Of a DNA stretch of 64,000 nt, positions 44,249 through 54,440 are shown one piece after another. Below the pieces are notes generated by a model, which saw only the letters and a program-made list of their open reading frames with translations, was not told where the DNA came from and did no database searches. The stretch covers positions 50,685-114,684 of the forward strand of contig CAZETQ010000003.1 in NCBI GenBank assembly GCA_964515165.1, given 5' to 3'. The DNA comes from an uncultured Solibacteraceae bacterium. Lineage in GTDB: Bacteria > Acidobacteriota > Terriglobia > Bryobacterales > Bryobacteraceae. Both the position numbers and the translations under genes were made by a program. Within the stretch, counting starts at the first letter, position 1, and the number at the start of each line of letters is the position of its first letter.

Positions 44249-44986
44249 ATGGCTGTGGCCCGCGCCGGCGTTATTTCCAGCGTTCGAAATCCATTCCTGC
44301 AAGAAATCCGGCGCGCTTTGCGGCGCGGCGAACTGACCGATCAAGGGCTTTGCGCCGTCGAAGGACTACACCTCCTGCAGGAGGCGCTTCGAAGCCGCGT
44401 CCGGATTGAAGCCACCCTCGGCGGCGAACCCGTCGACGGGGTTCCCCACTACGAGGTCCCGGAGCGAGTGCTTTCGGCGATTGCCTCGACCAAGACTAGT
44501 CCGGGCGTGATCTCTCTGGTGCGGCTGCCGGGCCGAGAAGCCGACGAGTTGAAGGCCCAGCCCGCGCTGATCGTCCTTCTGGACGGATTGCAGGATCCGG
44601 GCAATGCCGGCACGATCCTTCGTTCGGCGGAGGCGTTCGGAGCAACCGGCGCGGTGTTCCTCCCCGGCTCCGTCAGTCCTTACAATGCCAAGCTGATGCG
44701 AGCGTCGGCCGGCTCTATCTTTCGAGTGCCGTTTCTGACGGAACCGGTGGAATTCGACATTCCGGTGTATGCCGCGCAACCGCATGGAGGCGTTTCGGCG
44801 CCGGAAGTCGACTGGACGCGGCCCTGCGCGCTGATCATTGGCAGCGAAGCCCACGGAGTCAGCCGGGAACTTGCCGTCCGGGCGACTCCCGTCCAAATTC
44901 CCACGACCGGAGTGGAGTCGTTGAATGCGGCGGTTTCCGCTTCGATTTTGCTCTACGAGGCGGCCCGGCAGAGGCGCGCTCGATGA
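44249..44986 (+). CDS. SpoU/TrmH-family RNA 2'-O-methyltransferase
   Basis: ATG at 44249. LQDPGNAGTILRSAEAFG, IGSEAHGVS and LNAAVSASILLYE motifs. 4-nt overlap with rarA. Confidence 0.8.
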   Translation: MAVARAGVISSVRNPFLQEIRRALRRGELTDQGLCAVEGLHLLQEALRSRVRIEATLGGEPVDGVPHYEVPERVLSAIASTKTSPGVISLVRLPGREADELKAQPALIVLLDGLQDPGNAGTILRSAEAFGATGAVFLPGSVSPYNAKLMRASAGSIFRVPFLTEPVEFDIPVYAAQPHGGVSAPEVDWTRPCALIIGSEAHGVSRELAVRATPVQIPTTGVESLNAAVSASILLYEAARQRRAR

Positions 44987-46275
44987 GCCTCTTTGAGAAC
45001 GCGGCTGCGCCACTTGCCGAAAGGCTACGGCCCAAGACGCTGGAAGAATACGTCGGGCAGGAGCATATTCTCGGACCGGGCAAACCGCTGCGGGCCCAGA
45101 TCGACCGGGGAGACCTGCGCTCGCTGATCCTTTGGGGGCCGCCGGGCGTCGGCAAGACCACCCTGGCGAATCTGCTGGCGCGCGCGACGCAGGCGGAGTT
45201 TGTTCCTTTCAGCGCTGTTTTATCGTCCATCAAGGAAATCAAAGAAGTGATGGCGGCGGCGGAAAAAGGCGCTCGCGTCGGGCGCCGCACCGTCCTCTTT
45301 ATCGATGAGATTCACCGGTTCAACAAGGCTCAGCAGGACGCCTTTCTTCCCTACGTCGAGCGCGGCGACGTCATCCTGATTGGCGCGACCACCGAGAATC
45401 CGTCGTTCGAGGTGATCTCCGCGCTGCTCTCTCGCGCACGGGTCTACGCGCTGCGTCCCCTGACGATGGAAGAGATTCAAGGACTGGTGCACCGCGGATT
45501 GGAGTACTTGCATCTTCGTGCCAGCGAGGTCCTGATCGAGCAGATTGCCATTCACTCCAACGGGGACGCGCGAGCGGCATACAACCTCATAGAGTTGGCG
45601 TCGGCGGCAGCGGTGAACGGCGAGATTCCGGAAAGCGCTCTGGCTGACGTGTTGCAGAAGCGGGTCCTGGTCTATGACAAGGCGGGCGAGGAACATTTCA
45701 ACCTGGTCTCCGCGCTGCATAAGAGCGTGCGGTCTTCCGATCCGGACGCGGCGTTGTATTGGTTGGCGCGCATGCTGGAAGGCGGCGAGGACCGCATGTA
45801 CATTGCCCGAAGACTGGTCCGGATGGCTGTAGAGGATATCGGGCTGGCCGATCCTCGCGCGGTGGAGCAGGCGATGGCCTGCCAGCAGGCTGTTCACTTC
45901 CTGGGAATTCCCGAAGGCGACCAGGCGCTGGCCCAATGCGCGTTGTATCTCGCGATCGCGGCGAAATCGGATGCCGCCTACAGCGCGCTGAACTCGGTCA
46001 TGGAAACGGTGCGTAGCGGAACCGCGGAGCCGGTGCCGCTGCATTTGAGAAATGCTCCCACGCGCGCGATGAAGCAATGGGGCTACGGAGCGGGTTATCA
46101 GCATGCTCATGGTCAGGAGGATGCGGTGACCGCGATGGAATGCCTGCCGCCTTCGCTGGCGGCGATGCAGTTTTACGTTCCGACCAACCGGGGTCTGGAA
46201 CAGCGGATTTCCGAACGGTTGGAGGAGTTGCGGCGGGCCAAAGCGGAGAGACGTAAGGCGGGGAATGAGGAGTGA
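44983..46275 (+). CDS. rarA: Replication-associated recombination protein A (AAA+ ATPase)
   Basis: 430 aa. GPPGVGKTT Walker A, DEIHRFNKAQQD, C-terminal MgsA domain. Confidence 0.9.
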   Translation: MSLFENAAAPLAERLRPKTLEEYVGQEHILGPGKPLRAQIDRGDLRSLILWGPPGVGKTTLANLLARATQAEFVPFSAVLSSIKEIKEVMAAAEKGARVGRRTVLFIDEIHRFNKAQQDAFLPYVERGDVILIGATTENPSFEVISALLSRARVYALRPLTMEEIQGLVHRGLEYLHLRASEVLIEQIAIHSNGDARAAYNLIELASAAAVNGEIPESALADVLQKRVLVYDKAGEEHFNLVSALHKSVRSSDPDAALYWLARMLEGGEDRMYIARRLVRMAVEDIGLADPRAVEQAMACQQAVHFLGIPEGDQALAQCALYLAIAAKSDAAYSALNSVMETVRSGTAEPVPLHLRNAPTRAMKQWGYGAGYQHAHGQEDAVTAMECLPPSLAAMQFYVPTNRGLEQRISERLEELRRAKAERRKAGNEE

Positions 46276-46497
46276 CTGGTTCTGGTCTCAGGCAAAGCCG
46301 GCGAAGCGTGCGACCAACCGTTGATCGAGATGCTGTTGAAACAAGCGGCCCGGGATAGAAAAACGGGCCGGAGATTCACAACATGGTCACGCAGTCTCGT
46401 CCCCAATGCGGCGGCTGCTCACGGGCGCAATTTTTGACGCCTTCTGACGGACCAGGGCTAAAACGGGGTGGGGATTTCCAGCCGGCTGCGACCAACT

Positions 46498-47706
46498 CTA
46501 AGACCGGCGTTTCGCCTTCCGGAAGAGCTTCGCGATGCCTCGCACTGCCCGATCCACTTCCTTCTCCGTGATGATATACGGCGGCAGAAGGCGCACTACG
46601 GTATCGTGCGTGACGTTCAGCAAAAGACCTTCCTCGAACGCATCGGTGACGAATTCCTTGCAAGGAAAATCGAGCTCAATTCCGATCATCAGCCCTTCGA
46701 CGCGAACTTCCTTGATGAATCCGAATTTCGGCTGGAGTCCGCGAAGCTGTTCCGCAAAATAGGCCCCGACGCGGCGGATCTGCGGAAGCAGCTCGTCCAG
46801 CACGGAGTAAAACTCCAGCGCCACCCGAGTGGTGAGCGGGCCGCCGCCGTAGGTGGTTCCGTGCATTCCCGGAGCAATGGCGGAAGCCGCCTTTTCGTTC
46901 GCGACGACAGCACCCAGCGGCAATCCGCAGGCGATGGGCTTGGCGAGCGTCAGCACATCGGGCAATACCGCCGGATCAAACGCCTGATAAGAGTAGTAGC
47001 GCCCGGTCCGCCCCACGCTGCATTGAATGCCGTCATGCACCATCAGCGCGTCGTAGCGATCGGCCAAACGGCGCACCGCGCGATAGAATTCCTCGCTGAG
47101 CGGCAGCACTCCGCCTTCACCCTGGATTCCTTCGATCACGATTCCACAGGTATTCTCATTGACCGCCGCTTCCAAAGAAGCAATGTCATTTCGCTGCGCA
47201 AACCGGACTCCCGGCAGTAGCGGCTCAAACGGCTCGCGATACTTCGGCTGACCGGTGATGGATAGCGCTCCGAAGGTCCGGCCATGGAACGAATTGTCCA
47301 AGGCAACTAGCTCGAACTTACTGGGACTGGTCCGGTGGCCATGCCCTCGAGCCATTTTCAGCGCTCCCTCTATCGCCTCCGTACCGGAGTTGCAGAAGAA
47401 CGCGCGGTTCAATCCGCTGGTTTCGACAAGCCGTTTGGCCAATGGTCCCTGGTAGGCGTGATAGTACAGGTTGGAAGTGTGGATGATGCGAGACGCCTGG
47501 TCGCGAATCGCTTTGATCACCCGCGGGTGGTTGTGTCCCAGCGCATTGACGCCGATCCCGGCCAGCAGGTCCAGATACCGCTTGTTGTTGGTGTCCCAAA
47601 CCCAGCAGCCCTTTCCACGAACCAGCTCCAGCGGATACCGGGCATAATTCTGGAGAAGATACTGCTTCTCCACTTCTTGAGTGGTTTGCACTTCGGTAGC
47701 AATCAT
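46498..47706 (-). CDS. argD: Acetylornithine-type class-III aminotransferase
   Basis: 402 aa. NSGTEAIEGALKMAR and the overall class-III PLP aminotransferase layout. Confidence 0.7.
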   Translation of the reverse strand: MIATEVQTTQEVEKQYLLQNYARYPLELVRGKGCWVWDTNNKRYLDLLAGIGVNALGHNHPRVIKAIRDQASRIIHTSNLYYHAYQGPLAKRLVETSGLNRAFFCNSGTEAIEGALKMARGHGHRTSPSKFELVALDNSFHGRTFGALSITGQPKYREPFEPLLPGVRFAQRNDIASLEAAVNENTCGIVIEGIQGEGGVLPLSEEFYRAVRRLADRYDALMVHDGIQCSVGRTGRYYSYQAFDPAVLPDVLTLAKPIACGLPLGAVVANEKAASAIAPGMHGTTYGGGPLTTRVALEFYSVLDELLPQIRRVGAYFAEQLRGLQPKFGFIKEVRVEGLMIGIELDFPCKEFVTDAFEEGLLLNVTHDTVVRLLPPYIITEKEVDRAVRGIAKLFRKAKRRS

Positions 47707-47711
47707 TTTGG

Positions 47712-48641
47712 TTATTCGATAAATCCTAATTCGCGGAGTGTGGCGGCCGGCTGCTTGTCGTCAAAAATGGCCAGCGCCGCCTTCTGGCGGCCGTTTTCCA
47801 ACACGACCGCGTACGGAGGATCGCTGAAGGGAAAAGTCTTCTTCAGCAGATCCAGGTCCCCGGTCAACTTCGCCTTCATCTGAGTGCCGGCCAGGAACTG
47901 ATCGCCGAACTGTGGAACGCGCGTCGGAATGCCGATGATCTGCACGTCCTTCCACTTGTGCCTGGAAAACTCCTGGGCCGCCTGGAAACAGTGTGAACAC
48001 TCCGGGTCGAAGAAATAGAGCAGCACCCGGCCGTTCCGCAGCGAGTAAGGCTGCCCATCCACCTGAATCGTTTCCGGCGCCAGCGTTCCGGACTGCCGGG
48101 CCGCCGCCACGCCATAGGAAACTCCCGCAAAGACGGCCACCGCCAGGAGAACCAATCCGGCTCCGCGCAAGTGGTAAGACGGCCGGGCCCACCATCCGGC
48201 AATAAAGGCCGCCCCTAGCATCAAGGCGTCTTCCACGAAGAATTCCGGCCCCACGACGCGTTTCAGGAACGGAAAGCAGCTGCAGTCCGCACCCGTCAGC
48301 GCCCGGTAGTGGACGGCGAACCAAACCATGAAAACAATCAGCAGGAAGCCGGAAATCCATGCGCCCCACCGGCGGAACCGGGGAACCACCAGCAGCGTCG
48401 CTGCCGTCGCCTCGGTAATTCCCAGCAGAAGGGTGAACGGCAATGCGACCGCGCCCGGAATTTTGAACTGAGTCAGCTTGGCGGACCAGTCGATCGGATC
48501 GACGATTTTCCACACCCCGGCGGCGGCAAAAAATATGGCCAAAGCAATTGCAAAAAAGGTCGCTGTGGCGTTCTTCCAGGCAGGCAAATCCAGCGAAGCG
48601 GGTTCGCCGGGATATGCCATACTGTCGTCCATGTTCCCCAT
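47712..48641 (-). CDS. MauE/DoxX-like membrane domain fused to a thioredoxin-like domain
   Basis: 309 aa. About five TM helices, then a soluble C-terminal domain with FFDPECSHCFQAAQEF (CxxC). Start ambiguous (48641, 48632 or 48620). Confidence 0.65.
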   Translation of the reverse strand: MGNMDDSMAYPGEPASLDLPAWKNATATFFAIALAIFFAAAGVWKIVDPIDWSAKLTQFKIPGAVALPFTLLLGITEATAATLLVVPRFRRWGAWISGFLLIVFMVWFAVHYRALTGADCSCFPFLKRVVGPEFFVEDALMLGAAFIAGWWARPSYHLRGAGLVLLAVAVFAGVSYGVAAARQSGTLAPETIQVDGQPYSLRNGRVLLYFFDPECSHCFQAAQEFSRHKWKDVQIIGIPTRVPQFGDQFLAGTQMKAKLTGDLDLLKKTFPFSDPPYAVVLENGRQKAALAIFDDKQPAATLRELGFIE

Positions 48642-50259
48642 TGTATTCCTGCTGGCCGGAGTGTCGGTGTTCGCGCAGCAGGCCGATTTGGTCGTGGAGA
48701 ACGCAGTGATTTACACGGTCGATCCGGCGAAACCGAAGGCTTCGGCGCTGGCGGTGAAAGCGGGAAAGGTTGTTTTCGTCGGATCATCCGAGGATGCTCG
48801 GCGCTATATCGGCCCGGCCACCCGGAAGTTCGACGCCAAGGGAGCAGCCGTCATTCCCGGACTAACCGATTCCCACGTCCACATGCGAGGGCTGGGAGAT
48901 CTGCTCGAAACCATGGACCTGCGCGGAGTCTCCTCTATCGAAGAGATTGCGCGGCGGGTGAAAGCCAAAGCCGCCTCCCTTCCGCCGGGAACCTGGATCC
49001 GGGGACGCAACTGGGACCAGACCAACTGGGGCGGTAAGTTCCCCGTGGCCGCGGATCTGGACTCCGCCGCACCGGATCATCCCGTTTATCTGACCCGCGT
49101 CGACGGTCACGCCGGATGGGCGAATTCCCGGGCATTGGCCGCCGGCGGTATCACGAAAGAAACGAAGGATCCCGCGGGAGGACAGATCCTGCGCGACTCC
49201 AGCGGAGTGCCCACCGGTGTTCTCGTGGACCGCGCGCAAGGCCTCGTGTCCCGAAAGATTCCGCCGTTGACCGGCGCTCAGGTGGAAGCCTGTTTATCGC
49301 GTGCCGCCAAGGAATGCGCACGTCTGGGCATGACCACCGTTCATGACGCCGGCATCTCGCGGGCGGAACTGGAGGCCTATCGCCGGCTGCTTGCCAAGAA
49401 TCAGCTTCCCGTCCGGATCTACGCGATGATCGGCGGCGCCTCCGAGCTTTGGGAAGACTATCTCAAACGCGGTCCGGAGATCGGAGACCGGCTGACCGTC
49501 CGCTGCATCAAGCTGGTGGCCGATGGAGCTATGGGATCGCGGGGCGCGGCGTTCTTCCAGCCTTACTCCGACGACAAGGATAATACCGGACTCCTGATCC
49601 TGCAGAAGGACTACATCGCGGCGGTTGCGAAAGATGCCGTCGAAAAAGGCTTCCAGGTAGCTACCCACGCCATCGGGGACCGGGCCAATCGCACCGTGCT
49701 GGATGCCTATGGTGAGGTCCTGAATGGCCAGAACGACAAGCGCTTCCGGATCGAGCATGCCCAGGTGGTCTCTCTCCCGGACTTCGCGCTTTACGCGAAA
49801 TACAGCGTGATCGCGTCGCTGCAGTCCACGCACGCGACCAGCGACATGCGCTGGGCGGCCGATCGGTTGGGACCGGATCGTCTGTTGGGCGCCTGGGCTC
49901 CCCGGCGATTCCTGAATGCCGGCGTGCGAATTGCCAACGGCTCCGATTTTCCGGTGGAAGATCCCAATCCGTTCTGGGGTCTCTATGCGGCCATCACCCG
50001 GCAGGACCACACCGGCAATCCTCCGGGCGGGTTTATGCCCGATCAGAAACTTACTCGTGTGGAATCCCTGAAGAGCTGGACTCTCGACCCGGCCTACGCC
50101 GCCTTCGAGGAAAAAGAGAAGGGCTCCATTACTGCCGGCAAATTGGCCGACTTCCTGGTGCTGAACAAAGATGTAATGCAAGTTCCCGAGAAGGAAATTC
50201 TGACTGCGCTTCCGGTGATCACCGTTCTCGGCGGCGAGGTGGTATTCGGAAAGTTTTAG
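48631..50259 (+). CDS. Secreted amidohydrolase (Amidohydro_3-type metal-dependent hydrolase)
   Basis: ATG at 48631 gives MFPIVFLLAGVSVFAQQ. GLTDSHVHM (HxH), HAIGDRAN and IEHAQ motifs. Confidence 0.8.
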   Translation: MFPIVFLLAGVSVFAQQADLVVENAVIYTVDPAKPKASALAVKAGKVVFVGSSEDARRYIGPATRKFDAKGAAVIPGLTDSHVHMRGLGDLLETMDLRGVSSIEEIARRVKAKAASLPPGTWIRGRNWDQTNWGGKFPVAADLDSAAPDHPVYLTRVDGHAGWANSRALAAGGITKETKDPAGGQILRDSSGVPTGVLVDRAQGLVSRKIPPLTGAQVEACLSRAAKECARLGMTTVHDAGISRAELEAYRRLLAKNQLPVRIYAMIGGASELWEDYLKRGPEIGDRLTVRCIKLVADGAMGSRGAAFFQPYSDDKDNTGLLILQKDYIAAVAKDAVEKGFQVATHAIGDRANRTVLDAYGEVLNGQNDKRFRIEHAQVVSLPDFALYAKYSVIASLQSTHATSDMRWAADRLGPDRLLGAWAPRRFLNAGVRIANGSDFPVEDPNPFWGLYAAITRQDHTGNPPGGFMPDQKLTRVESLKSWTLDPAYAAFEEKEKGSITAGKLADFLVLNKDVMQVPEKEILTALPVITVLGGEVVFGKF

Positions 50260-50576
50260 TGGATCTGCCGGACAGCCTGCGTTCGGAACTCGTAGTGCTG
50301 GATTTCCAGAGCCGCGCTCTTGCCGTCGACGCGAACCAGGCGGCCCCGCGCCACGAGCTTCAATGGAGTTACATTGTTCAGCTGCGCCGGCCACGCAACG
50401 GAAATTTCCACCTGCTTGCCCGGCGTCAGATGCTGTTCGGTGGAGAACAGAATGCCGGAACTGGAGATGTTCAATGTCTTGCCGCTACCGGCTTCATCGA
50501 CGTGCCGTCTGCTCAGCACGCGATATTTGACTTCCCGCTCGATGGGAAATCGATCTGCAGTCCTCCGCTCGGACAT
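50256..50576 (-). CDS. PilZ-domain protein
   Basis: ATG at 50576 gives 106 aa. RRTADR (RxxxR) and NISSSG (D/N-x-S-x-x-G) c-di-GMP-binding motifs. Confidence 0.7.
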   Translation of the reverse strand: MSERRTADRFPIEREVKYRVLSRRHVDEAGSGKTLNISSSGILFSTEQHLTPGKQVEISVAWPAQLNNVTPLKLVARGRLVRVDGKSAALEIQHYEFRTQAVRQIH

Positions 50577-50700
50577 TCCAAACCCCCTAAAGGCTAACAG
50601 CTTTACCTTCCTTACGATTATACGGATGCGGCGAAGCCTCAATGAGACAGAAGCACCATTTTGCCTGGTACTTGCGTACTGAGGTTGTATTCTGGCTGAT

Positions 50701-51132
50701 ATGCGTAAACTCATCGTTTTCGGATGCCTGTTCAGCTCGCTCGCCTTCGCCGACAGGAAAGTGGTCCAGCCCAAGGAATTTCCCACCGGCCGCCCGTTCA
50801 GCCCCGCGGTCTGGGCCGGTGATACTTTGTACGTCGCCGGACAGATCGGTTCGGATCTGAAAACCGGAAAGCTTCCCGAGAAGTTTGAAGACGAGGTCAA
50901 ACAATGCCTGGAAAACATCGGTGTCATCCTGAAGGAAGCCGGACTGTCCTATGACGACGTCGTCACGGTGAATGTCTATCTCACCAACACTTCATTTTTC
51001 CCTCAGCTGAATGCGGTCTACACGACGTTCTTCAAGGATCCCCGCCCCGCCCGGACCACCGTCGGTGTCGGCGGTCTGGCCGGCGGAGCGCGCATTGAAA
51101 TTACGGTCACCGCCTATAAAGGCAGGAAGTAG
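50701..51132 (+). CDS. RidA/YjgF-family protein with signal peptide
   Basis: 143 aa. MRKLIVFGCLFSSLAFA, then the YjgF/UK114 core ending ARTTVGVGGLAGGARIEI. Confidence 0.8.
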   Translation: MRKLIVFGCLFSSLAFADRKVVQPKEFPTGRPFSPAVWAGDTLYVAGQIGSDLKTGKLPEKFEDEVKQCLENIGVILKEAGLSYDDVVTVNVYLTNTSFFPQLNAVYTTFFKDPRPARTTVGVGGLAGGARIEITVTAYKGRK

Positions 51133-51185
51133 CGTCCCAATGGGGACGGAACGCTCCTGTCCCCATTCATTCGCATAACCAGCTC

Positions 51186-52268
51186 TTAGAGTAGGTCGTC
51201 CAGCTTTTCCATCTCCAGCAGCTTCACCAGGTCGCCGACTTTCTGCGCCTGGTCCCGCCGGCAGATCAGCAAAGAATCTGGAGTGTCTACGACAACCAGG
51301 TCCTGGACCCCCACCATTGCGACGAGCTTGCCAGGAGCGTTGACGTAGTTGCCTCCGCTCTCTTCGGTGAAGACGGCCATTCCACGGACGGTATTACCGG
51401 CATGGTCGTGTTTTTCGAGCTCGTAGACGGCGTTCCAGCTGCCGACGTCGTTCCAGCCGACGTCGTCACAAAGAAGTCCGGAAACGATCTTCGACTTCTC
51501 CATCACCGCGAAGTCAATCGAGATATTCTCCGCACGAGGGAAGAGATCGGCCAGCCGCGGCATATACTGACGGTCCGTAAAGAGCGGCAGCGAGTCCAGC
51601 AGCGATGCGGTCTTCGGCAGATATTTCCGCAGCTCCTCCAGCAGTGTCGCCGCCCGCCAGAAGAACATTCCGCCATTCCAGGCATAGTTTCCGGCGGCGA
51701 CGTAGCGTTTGGCGGCTTTCAGCTCCGGCTTCTCCCGAAACCGCTGGACAGGAAAGGCGGTGAGTGAGCCGGGGCGGACGTTCTTCGGAAATTCGATGTA
51801 ACCGTATCCTGTCTCCGGCCATCGGGGTTGAATGCCCAGAACTGTCAGGCGTCCGCTGGCGCCGGTGTGATACGCGGCACGGACGAAGCGTAGAAATCTT
51901 GCGGGACGCAGGACAATGTGGTCGGAAGGGAATACTCCCATGACGGCATCGTGATCGAGACCGTAGAGAATCTGTGCAGCCAAGCCGATTGCGGGGGCGG
52001 TATTCCGCTGCGCGGGTTCGGCGAGAATCTGGCGCGGGGGAACCTCCGGAAGCTGGCGGATAATCTCATCGCGGAGAGCGTCGTTGGTCAAAATCCACAT
52101 GCGCTCCGGCGGCAGCACCGGTTTCAGGCGGTCGACGGTTTGCTGGATCAGCGACCGTCCGCCGAAGAACGGAAGAACCTGTTTTGCGCGATTTTTACGG
52201 CTGAGCGGCCAGAATCGAGTGCCCCGGCCGCCTGCCAGAATCAGGCCGTAGTAGTTGGACTTGGCCAT
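51186..52268 (-). CDS. Mannose-1-phosphate guanylyltransferase (no C-terminal isomerase domain)
   Basis: 360 aa. LAGGRGTRFWPLSR nucleotidyltransferase motif. The length fits a transferase-only form. Confidence 0.8.
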   Translation of the reverse strand: MAKSNYYGLILAGGRGTRFWPLSRKNRAKQVLPFFGGRSLIQQTVDRLKPVLPPERMWILTNDALRDEIIRQLPEVPPRQILAEPAQRNTAPAIGLAAQILYGLDHDAVMGVFPSDHIVLRPARFLRFVRAAYHTGASGRLTVLGIQPRWPETGYGYIEFPKNVRPGSLTAFPVQRFREKPELKAAKRYVAAGNYAWNGGMFFWRAATLLEELRKYLPKTASLLDSLPLFTDRQYMPRLADLFPRAENISIDFAVMEKSKIVSGLLCDDVGWNDVGSWNAVYELEKHDHAGNTVRGMAVFTEESGGNYVNAPGKLVAMVGVQDLVVVDTPDSLLICRRDQAQKVGDLVKLLEMEKLDDLL

Positions 52269-52270
52269 TC

Positions 52271-53074
52271 CTATCCGACGGGCACCGGGCGAATCAGCAT
52301 GAACTGGCGCTTCCAGCGGGTTTTCGTAAAGAAATTCGTCACGATATCGAAAATGTGCGCCGGGTCGATGTTGCCGCTGGCCAGGCGGTCCGTTGGAGCG
52401 TCGTAGGACCAGAAGATGATGGTCGGCTTGCCGACGATGTTCTCACGGGGCACCAGTCCCCAATAGCGGGAGTCCGCCGAATTATCCCGATTGTCTCCCA
52501 TCGCGAAGTAATGACCCGGAGGCACGACCAGCTCGCCGTTCACCAGGTTCTCCGCCAGCATGGAGCGCGCGCCGCCATCGGCCAGCATGCTCGGCTCCGA
52601 GGGAAAGTTGTCCGCGTACGGATCGACGAAGGGGCGAATGTGCTGGACATACGGCTCGGCCAGCTCTTTTCCGTTGAGGATCACGTTCTTGTTTACCAGC
52701 TTGATCCGGTCGCCCGGGACGCCCATCACGCGCTTGACGTAGTTCTGGCGGATATCGGGCGGGTAGCGGAAGACGATAATGTCTCCGCGCTTCACTTCCT
52801 GATACGGCAGCAGTTTTCCGGAGATTGGTCCGGGCGGCGCATAGGCGAGCTTGTCGACGAAAAGATGGTCGCCGATCAGCAGCGTGGATTCCATGGAGCC
52901 GGTCGGCACGACGAATGCTTGCACGAGCGTCGTCGTGCCGAACAATAGCATCAGGATGGTCACCGTCCACTCCGATACCTGTCGCTTGAACCATTCGCCG
53001 GCGGGCTGCTTCGGAGCTTTCTCCGGCTTTGGATCGGCCACCGCGGTGGGTGCTTTTGATGATTTCTTTGCCAT
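52271..53074 (-). CDS. lepB: Signal peptidase I
   Basis: 267 aa. PTGSMESTL (Ser), KRVMGVPGDRI (Lys), GDNRDNSADSR boxes. Confidence 0.9.
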   Translation of the reverse strand: MAKKSSKAPTAVADPKPEKAPKQPAGEWFKRQVSEWTVTILMLLFGTTTLVQAFVVPTGSMESTLLIGDHLFVDKLAYAPPGPISGKLLPYQEVKRGDIIVFRYPPDIRQNYVKRVMGVPGDRIKLVNKNVILNGKELAEPYVQHIRPFVDPYADNFPSEPSMLADGGARSMLAENLVNGELVVPPGHYFAMGDNRDNSADSRYWGLVPRENIVGKPTIIFWSYDAPTDRLASGNIDPAHIFDIVTNFFTKTRWKRQFMLIRPVPVG

Positions 53075-53086
53075 GAGGTATTCCCT

Positions 53087-53896
53087 CTATTCCACCGTCG
53101 ACCCGCGGACCAGCCGGAATGTCCGGTCCCATCGGGTCTTCGAAAAGAAGTTCCTTCCCAGGTCGAGCGCATGGTCCCACGTCATGGAGGGGCCGGTCAG
53201 CCGCTCCGTCGGGGCGTCGTAGGACCAGTAAATGATAAAAGGCTTACCCATGATGTTCTCGCGCGGCACGAATCCCCAGTAGCGGGAATCGAGCGAAGAA
53301 TCGCGATTGTCTCCCATCGCAAAATAGGCGTTTTCCGGTACCACCACTTCTTTGTCTACGACGTGCTTCTCCAGAAGGTTCAGTCCCGACTCTGGAAGGG
53401 GCGTGTTTGGTTCGGACGGGAAAAAGTCGCGGTAACTCATCAGATATTCGGACTTGTGATACTTGTACGGCTCCTTCAACGCCTCACCGTTGAGGTAGAC
53501 GGTCTTGGCCTCAATGCGGATGCGGTCGCCGGGAACGCCGATCACGCGCTTGACGAAAGTCTGCTTGATATCCACCGGATAGCGAAAGACAATAATGTCG
53601 CCGCGTTTCACGGGGGTGTACGGCAGGATGTACTTCGAAAGCGGTCCAGGTGGCGCGTACGCCAGCTTATCGACCAGCAGATGATCGCCGATCAAAAGGG
53701 TGTCTTCCATCGAGCCCGTCGGAATGACAAAGGCTTGAACAAGCGTCGTCGTGCCGAACAGCAGCAGCAGGATTGTGACCGTCCACTCGGCAATCGCGTT
53801 CCGGTCATGGGAAACAGGCTCAGCCTTCGATTCGACGGGTTCACCCTCGACTGGAGGGGCGGACGAGACCGTCACGCCAGGATTTACAGACTCCAC
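53087..53896 (-). CDS. lepB: Signal peptidase I (tandem paralogue)
   Basis: 269 aa. PTGSMEDTL, KRVIGVPGDRI, GDNRDSSLDSR. Long identical stretches with the downstream copy. Confidence 0.9.
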   Translation of the reverse strand: MESVNPGVTVSSAPPVEGEPVESKAEPVSHDRNAIAEWTVTILLLLFGTTTLVQAFVIPTGSMEDTLLIGDHLLVDKLAYAPPGPLSKYILPYTPVKRGDIIVFRYPVDIKQTFVKRVIGVPGDRIRIEAKTVYLNGEALKEPYKYHKSEYLMSYRDFFPSEPNTPLPESGLNLLEKHVVDKEVVVPENAYFAMGDNRDSSLDSRYWGFVPRENIMGKPFIIYWSYDAPTERLTGPSMTWDHALDLGRNFFSKTRWDRTFRLVRGSTVE

Positions 53897-53921
53897 AGAC
53901 TTCTATTGTAAATCGTTGAAT

Positions 53922-54440
53922 CTAACTCATGAGGACGGGACTTTCGGCCGTCCGCAAAACGGCGTCGATCTTGGCGAATAATCCCAATCGATCGATGGGC
54001 TTGGACAGATATTCGTCCATTCCGGCCGCGAGGCATCGTTCCCGCTCTCCCGACAGCGCATGCGGTGTTGCGGGTTCGTTCGATCTCTCGAATGCGAGCG
54101 GCCGCCTCATAGCCTTCTATCCGCGGCATTTGCACATCCATCAGGATGAGATCGAACGAAGCAGCGGCGAAAGCGTCTATCGCTTCCACGCCATCGTTCG
54201 CAAGTGAGACCGAGTATCCCTGAAGCTCCAGGAGTCGCCGGGCCAGCCGCTGATTCACAACATTGTCTTCGGCGAGCAGGATCCGATAGCCATTGGATGG
54301 CAGCGGGAGCAGCAACAGCCGGCCAGGTTTGTGAGCACCTGGCGGAGACGCAGCGGATCGCCAACCAGCCAACCGGGAACTTCTTCGGAGATTGCGCCGC
54401 GCAGCGCGAGAGATTTTTGGTGCGCCTCGATGGAGAGCAT
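53922..54440 (-). pseudogene. Remnant of a hybrid sensor histidine kinase (N-box fragment joined to a frameshifted receiver domain)
   Basis: One frame reads EAHQKSLALRGAISEEVPGWLVGDPLRLRQVLTNL (the kinase region up to the N-box). The rest of the ATPase domain is absent. Another frame reads [70 protein letters not shown] (REC). A third frame reads [23 protein letters not shown] (end of REC). Confidence 0.55.

Noticed and set aside
46498-47706. The argD-like aminotransferase as a LysJ partner of the LysW-like protein
   Set aside because: It is 45 kb away with no lysX/Y/Z/K-like genes near either locus. An ordinary arginine-pathway role is more parsimonious.
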